Assembly (NCBI GenBank): GCA_049583555.1
Contig: JBAUWA010000007.1
Coordinates: 1-50,830 of the forward strand
Direction of reading: 5' to 3'
Source: Candidatus Dormiibacterota bacterium
GTDB lineage: Bacteria > Chloroflexota > Dormibacteria > Aeolococcales > Bog-877
Length of the DNA stretch: 50,830 nucleotides
Numbering within the stretch: the first letter of the stretch is position 1; the number at the start of each line of letters is the position of its first letter. The position numbers and the translations under genes were made by a program. Shown in pieces: positions 46,674 through 50,830 of this stretch. The notes below the pieces were generated by a model, which searched no databases, was not told where the DNA came from, and saw nothing but the letters and a program-made list of their open reading frames with translations.

Positions 46674-47228
46674 TCATGGGGGACACCAGTTGACGCCAGC
46701 AGACCGGGCGGTCGTAAGGGCCGGCCCTTCTTCAACTGGGGAAGCAGGGCCGACGACTACAACTGGACAGTAGGCGTGCGCTACGCACCGGTGGGACACC
46801 GAACCCAGAAGTGAACCGACCATGCCTCCGTGACCGCGGGAGCCCACCACTAACAGTGATGCGTGCTTGCTCGCCTCGATCAGAACCTTGGCTGGCAGAC
46901 CCTCGATCAACTTGGCGTCGATCTCAACTTCAGGATCCGACTCCGAGGCCCTCCCAACCTGACTGGAGAGGACCTTCTTGGCCTCGTCGGCTAGCTCCTC
47001 CTTGAGAGCTGGCGACCAGGCAGCATACGGGGCCGCGCTCACCAGGCTCGGAACCATGTAGGCGCTGATGGCGAGGACTTTGGTCCCCTTGGCCGCCGCC
47101 TCACGGACCGCCCACTCCAGAGCGCGTCGACTCGATGGAGAGCCATCCACTCCGACCACGATCGGTCCTGACAAATGGTCTCGATCAGTCCTAGAACTGG
47201 CTAATGCGTTCATGGCCGAACTCCTCAA
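46674..47228 (-). CDS. Universal stress protein (UspA family)
   Basis: IVVGVDGSPSSRRALEWAV...LLVVGSRGHGGMVGSLLGSVSHRCVAHAYCPVVVV. Confidence 0.8.
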   Translation of the reverse strand: MRSSAMNALASSRTDRDHLSGPIVVGVDGSPSSRRALEWAVREAAAKGTKVLAISAYMVPSLVSAAPYAAWSPALKEELADEAKKVLSSQVGRASESDPEVEIDAKLIEGLPAKVLIEASKHASLLVVGSRGHGGMVGSLLGSVSHRCVAHAYCPVVVVGPASPVEEGPALTTARSAGVNWCPP

Positions 47229-47356
47229 GCTACGCGGAGCTACTGACTACCGTCAGGGCCTCCGTCAAGTCCATCGTCGGGCGCAGCACCCACAGGCGGC
47301 AGGGGGTAAACCGTTGGGTCGGGCCGGTGAAATCGCCTAGTGCTCCAGCTGTCTTG

Positions 47357-47401
47357 GAGAACGAGCGAACGCCCCCGAGCACTGGGAGTTAGCTCGTTCT
47401 C
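47357..47401. promoter_or_regulatory. Perfect 10-bp inverted repeat GAGAACGAGC...GCTCGTTCTC (25-nt loop) between the two usp genes
   Basis: Lies in a 327-bp intergenic region. There is no U-tract, so it may be an operator or a transcript-processing hairpin. Confidence 0.3.
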
Positions 47402-47555
47402 ACCGCGGTGCTCACCGCTTCACCAAACCTTCACACCAAAAGCCTGCTGTGCTCGCCCCCATCACATCCAGTCACGGACCCCCAAATCGGGCCCGGGTCC
47501 TGAATTCGTCGGCAGTCGCCCCTGTGGCCGCCCGCGGATTGGTCTCAGCCGGCGG

Positions 47556-48041
47556 CTACTCCGGGCGCGTCCACGGCCGCACTACCACCACCGGGCAGTG
47601 GGCATGGGTGACGCATTGCTGCGAGACCGAGCCGAGCAGCAAGCCCACAAACCCTCCATGGCCGCGGGAACCCACAACGAGCATTGACGCTCGAGCGCTT
47701 GCCTCAATGAGTGCCTGGGCGGCCGAGCCCTCGAAAATCTCAGCCTCGAGCTTGACCTTGGGATGTGCCTTGCTGGCTTTCGCAACTTCAGTAGCGACCA
47801 CCTTCCGACAGTAGTCGGCCAGTTCTTGGATGTTGGCTGGCTCATATGAGAACCCTGGCTCGGCCATGGCGATCGCAGGAATCGCGTAGGTGCTGATTAC
47901 TCGGACGCTAACTCCCCTCGACTCGGCCTCCCTGACCGCCCATTGCAAGGCGCGACGACTGGACTCCGACCCGTCGATCCCGACCACGATGGGGGCGGAA
48001 CCGCGCTTCTGGTCGGAGCTCCGCTGGTCGACTTTTTTCAT
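47556..48041 (-). CDS. Universal stress protein (UspA family), paralogue of the neighbouring usp
   Basis: IVVGIDGSESSRRALQWAV...MLVVGSRGHGGFVGLLLGSVSQQCVTHAHCPVVVV. Confidence 0.8.
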   Translation of the reverse strand: MKKVDQRSSDQKRGSAPIVVGIDGSESSRRALQWAVREAESRGVSVRVISTYAIPAIAMAEPGFSYEPANIQELADYCRKVVATEVAKASKAHPKVKLEAEIFEGSAAQALIEASARASMLVVGSRGHGGFVGLLLGSVSQQCVTHAHCPVVVVRPWTRPE

Positions 48042-48072
48042 CTTTATCTCCTAAGCTCTTACGCCACCCAAA

Positions 48073-50364
48073 TCATTGCTTCAGGCACTCGACCTGGAAG
48101 GCTCCACTGGGGTCTCGCTCGACTCCGTGGATGTCATGGTCGAAGCTAGGGAAGCGGCGGTCAAAATCCTCCAGGGCCCCCAGGTACTGGAGCACTGGTC
48201 CGTCACTTGTACCAGCTTCCTCACCAGGCATGAGTACCGGGATCCCCGGAGGGTAGGGCACCACCATCACCGCGGCTGCCTTTCCCGCCATTTGAGAGAG
48301 CGGCACTCTCTCCGTTTGGCTACGGACCAGGCGGCGGTACGCCTCTCCGGGGGTGCAGCGGGCTCCCGGTAGGTCTCCGAACGCTCGATCGAGCAGGTCC
48401 GGCAGACGCCGGGTTTGCATCTCAGCGTGCATCTCATCACAGAGTCCGCGCAGGGTCAGCTTGCCGTACCGGTCGGGATAGGCAGCCACCAGTTCTGGCA
48501 AGGCCTGAGCCAGTGGTTGGTCTTGATCGTAAGCTCGCTTGAAGGCCAGCAGCCCGTCCAGCAGCGTTCCCCACTTGCCCTTGGTGAAGCCGATCGAGAA
48601 CAGCACCAGAAACGTATAGTCCCCGGTCTTCTCAACTTCTATCCGAAGCTTGTGGAGGAACAGGGTGACGACTTGGGCTGGGATGCCCCGATCCGCAAAA
48701 GTCCCTTGGGCATCGATGCCGGGAGTGGTGACTGTGACCTTGATCGGGTCGAGCATGCAAAAGCCTTCGGTCAGCCCCGAGAAACCGTGCCAGGACTCGC
48801 TCGGAACCAGCTCCCAGCACGTGGGCTCGGTGGCCAGGAGCTCGTCTGAGGCCTTGTTGAATCGGAGCGTCTTGCCCGACTTCGGGTCGCGGACGGACTC
48901 TGGCTGCCAGAGGCCAAAGAACCAGCCCTCCGTCCTGGTCAGCTCGGCCCCGACGTCGATGAAACGCTTCCGAAAATGAACAGCTTCCCGAATCGACTCG
49001 TCGGTAAGGTTCAGCCCGCCTGGATCGTCCATCATCGCGGCTGCCACATCTAGGCAGGCGATCATCGGGTAGAAGGGCGAGGTGGACCCGTGCATCATGT
49101 ACGCCTCGTTGAAGCGGTCGTGATCCACCGGGGCCCGCTCACCCGAACGGATGTGGATCATTGAGCCTTGGGAGAACGCTGCCAACAGCTTGTGGGTGGA
49201 CTGGGTCGCGTAGAGCGTGGGGCCGCTCGCCTCCGGCCGCGAGCCCATCGCGTAGCGGTCTCGGTAGAGCGGGTTGAAGCAGGCGTAGCCGAACCACGCC
49301 TCGTCGAAATGCACCCGCGCTACACTCTCGCCCAGCAGGGCGGCGGTTCTGCTTGCGTCGTAGCAGAGCCCATCATAGGTTGAGTTGGTCACGGCAGCAT
49401 AGACGGGTTCCGTTGCGTTGGCTAGCTTCCTCAACGGGCTAGTCGCGATCGCCTTGGTGACCGCTGCGGAACTAAGTTTTTTGGCCGGAATCGGGCCCAT
49501 GATTCCGTAACCGTTTCTCACTGGCATCAGATACACCGGGACCGCATCGGTCACGGTCAGCGAGTAGTTCATCGACTTGTGACAGTTGCGGTCAACCAGC
49601 ACTACATCTCCGGCGGTGATGCAGCTGTGGCCAACGATCTGGTTCGCGGTGGAGGTGCCGTTGAGCACGAAGAAGGTCTGATCGGCACCGAAGATTCGCG
49701 CGGCGTTCTGCTCTGACTCCCCCACCTTACCCGAGTGGTCAAGCAGGGACCCAAGCGCCCGAAGAGGGCCGAGCGAGACCGACAGGTCGGTGCGGAAGAG
49801 GTTCTCACCATAGAAGTCATAGAACGCCCTGCCGATCGCCGACTTCCGGAATGCGGTACCTCCGGCGTGGCCGGGGGTGTGCATTGAGTACTCGTAGCTG
49901 TCGGTGAAGTCGAGCAGGGCCTGGAAGTAGGGCGGAAGCAGCGTCTCCGTGTAACGGCGCCAGGCCCAATCGATGCGGCCTGCGATGAAGTCCGGGGTGT
50001 CCTCGAATAGGAAGACATACTCCTGGGTGGCTTCAGTGACACTCAATGGCAGAGCCTCAAGGTCCCCCTGCTCTAAGAAGACGAAGATCGGCATCCGGTC
50101 GTTTCTTTGACGCACCGAGGTGATGATGGCCTCAGCATCCGTGACCTCCTTCACACCACCTAGACCCCAGTCAACAAGGACACCTCCGAATGTCGGATCT
50201 GAGGTAACCAGTGCTGTCGCGTCGGTCACCGTCTCTACTTGTTCGACGCGGTGTCCCAACACCTGCAGCGCATCGACTATGCGCCCAATCGTGCGATCAG
50301 CCTCACGCCGACGCTCTCGACCTGAAACCATCAGCACCGGAAACTCGGTCTTGGCTAACATCAC
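48073..50364 (-). CDS. Orn/Lys/Arg decarboxylase of the large wing-domain, PLP fold-I inducible type (AdiA/CadA/SpeF-like)
   Basis: 763 aa. An N-terminal wing domain is followed by PLP-site motifs (LVDRNCHKS, STHKLLAAFSQGS). Confidence 0.88.
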   Translation of the reverse strand: MMLAKTEFPVLMVSGRERRREADRTIGRIVDALQVLGHRVEQVETVTDATALVTSDPTFGGVLVDWGLGGVKEVTDAEAIITSVRQRNDRMPIFVFLEQGDLEALPLSVTEATQEYVFLFEDTPDFIAGRIDWAWRRYTETLLPPYFQALLDFTDSYEYSMHTPGHAGGTAFRKSAIGRAFYDFYGENLFRTDLSVSLGPLRALGSLLDHSGKVGESEQNAARIFGADQTFFVLNGTSTANQIVGHSCITAGDVVLVDRNCHKSMNYSLTVTDAVPVYLMPVRNGYGIMGPIPAKKLSSAAVTKAIATSPLRKLANATEPVYAAVTNSTYDGLCYDASRTAALLGESVARVHFDEAWFGYACFNPLYRDRYAMGSRPEASGPTLYATQSTHKLLAAFSQGSMIHIRSGERAPVDHDRFNEAYMMHGSTSPFYPMIACLDVAAAMMDDPGGLNLTDESIREAVHFRKRFIDVGAELTRTEGWFFGLWQPESVRDPKSGKTLRFNKASDELLATEPTCWELVPSESWHGFSGLTEGFCMLDPIKVTVTTPGIDAQGTFADRGIPAQVVTLFLHKLRIEVEKTGDYTFLVLFSIGFTKGKWGTLLDGLLAFKRAYDQDQPLAQALPELVAAYPDRYGKLTLRGLCDEMHAEMQTRRLPDLLDRAFGDLPGARCTPGEAYRRLVRSQTERVPLSQMAGKAAAVMVVPYPPGIPVLMPGEEAGTSDGPVLQYLGALEDFDRRFPSFDHDIHGVERDPSGAFQVECLKQ

Positions 50365-50496
50365 TCACTCCTCACCGACTATCAAATGCCAGGCCCTGGA
50401 ACCCGGGATGGACTCTGGGACCTAGACGGGGCGTCTGGGAGTCCGGCTAGACCTTTTTCTGCCGGTCTCCCGTTCACTTCGAGCCGCTATCCGCGC

Positions 50497-50830
50497 CTAC
50501 TTCATCGAGACGCCGGCTGGGTGACGCACTGTCGGCGAACCACCACCAACCGGTTGCAGAGTGGACGGCGTGGATGCGCCAGGCGACTCTCGCCCGATCT
50601 CGTCGCCAAACTCGTCGACATCGAGGAGCACGGGATCCGGATGAGCGATGAACCAGCTGGGCTTCTTGATCCGTTCGATGATGAATGGCGGGACCGAGCA
50701 GATCACGATCGCCAGGAACATAGCCAGCACATAGAACGGTGTTGGCCAGGTCGCAACTCCAGTCGGCGGGAAGAACCCCAGTATCAGGCCCAGGACGCAG
50801 CCGAAGATGCCGATGCCGGCCACAAACCAC
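50497..50830 (-). CDS. C-terminal fragment of a membrane transporter, probably an APC-family amino acid/polyamine antiporter. The gene continues beyond the window end.
   Basis: The reading frame is open to the window edge. Hydrophobic helices (GIGIFGCVLGLILGFFPP, FYVLAMFLAIVICSVPPFII) are followed by a charged tail. It lies directly upstream of the decarboxylase on the same strand. Confidence 0.4.
   Translation of the reverse strand, partial: WFVAGIGIFGCVLGLILGFFPPTGVATWPTPFYVLAMFLAIVICSVPPFIIERIKKPSWFIAHPDPVLLDVDEFGDEIGRESPGASTPSTLQPVGGGSPTVRHPAGVSMK

Noticed and set aside
1-50830. CRISPR arrays, integrases, transposases, rRNA
   Set aside because: No regularly spaced direct repeats, no recombinase-like ORFs and no rRNA-like conserved stretches were seen. 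The only repeats are the short ones listed above.

Overview
This is a 50.8 kb high-GC segment (roughly 65-70% GC), densely coding and chromosomal in character, with an actinobacterial-type gene repertoire. The ORF track contains many long antisense ORFs that are GC artefacts; gene calls here rest on protein-family recognition, SD sites and overlap/coupling patterns. Main blocks: (1) 1-13.7 kb, a minus-strand fatty-acid and propionyl-CoA catabolic cluster. It encodes two acyl-CoA dehydrogenases, a thiolase, sucD/sucC, propionyl-CoA carboxylase beta, the catalytic-only methylmalonyl-CoA mutase subunit, methylmalonyl-CoA epimerase, a membrane-anchored HdrD/GlpC-like Fe-S oxidoreductase (EtfD-like) and a crotonase. 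An aquaporin gene lies antisense inside this cluster. (2) 13.4-18.9 kb: a hypothetical protein coupled to coaE; a translationally coupled three-gene operon (H/D-rich small protein, PHP phosphoesterase, Pro/Thr-rich membrane protein); galU; and an ECF sigma/anti-sigma pair. (3) 18.9-21.5 kb: tdh-kbl threonine catabolism with a divergent stand-alone AsnC-type RAM-domain protein. (4) 21.8-27.4 kb: lpd plus a 1411-aa OdhA-like fusion carrying two lipoyl domains, an E3-binding domain, the E2 catalytic domain and E1o. (5) Class II ribonucleotide reductase nrdJ. (6) 30.5-33.7 kb: a lower-GC stretch flanked by AGCTG-rich repeats, containing vapBC, a DUF1801 protein and an SPFH/band-7 + Arc-like ribbon-helix-helix pair. 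(7) An adenylate cyclase-TPR protein, a Cys-less DksA-like protein, an ArsR regulator with a divergent orphan family-5 substrate-binding protein, and a CbbX/SpoVK-type AAA+ protein whose Walker B reads DQ. (8) PPi-type phosphofructokinase, acetate kinase, phosphoketolase, a Zn alcohol dehydrogenase, two universal stress proteins, and a large Orn/Lys/Arg decarboxylase with a truncated APC-type transporter at the window edge. No rRNA, tRNA, CRISPR array, transposase or integrase was detected.
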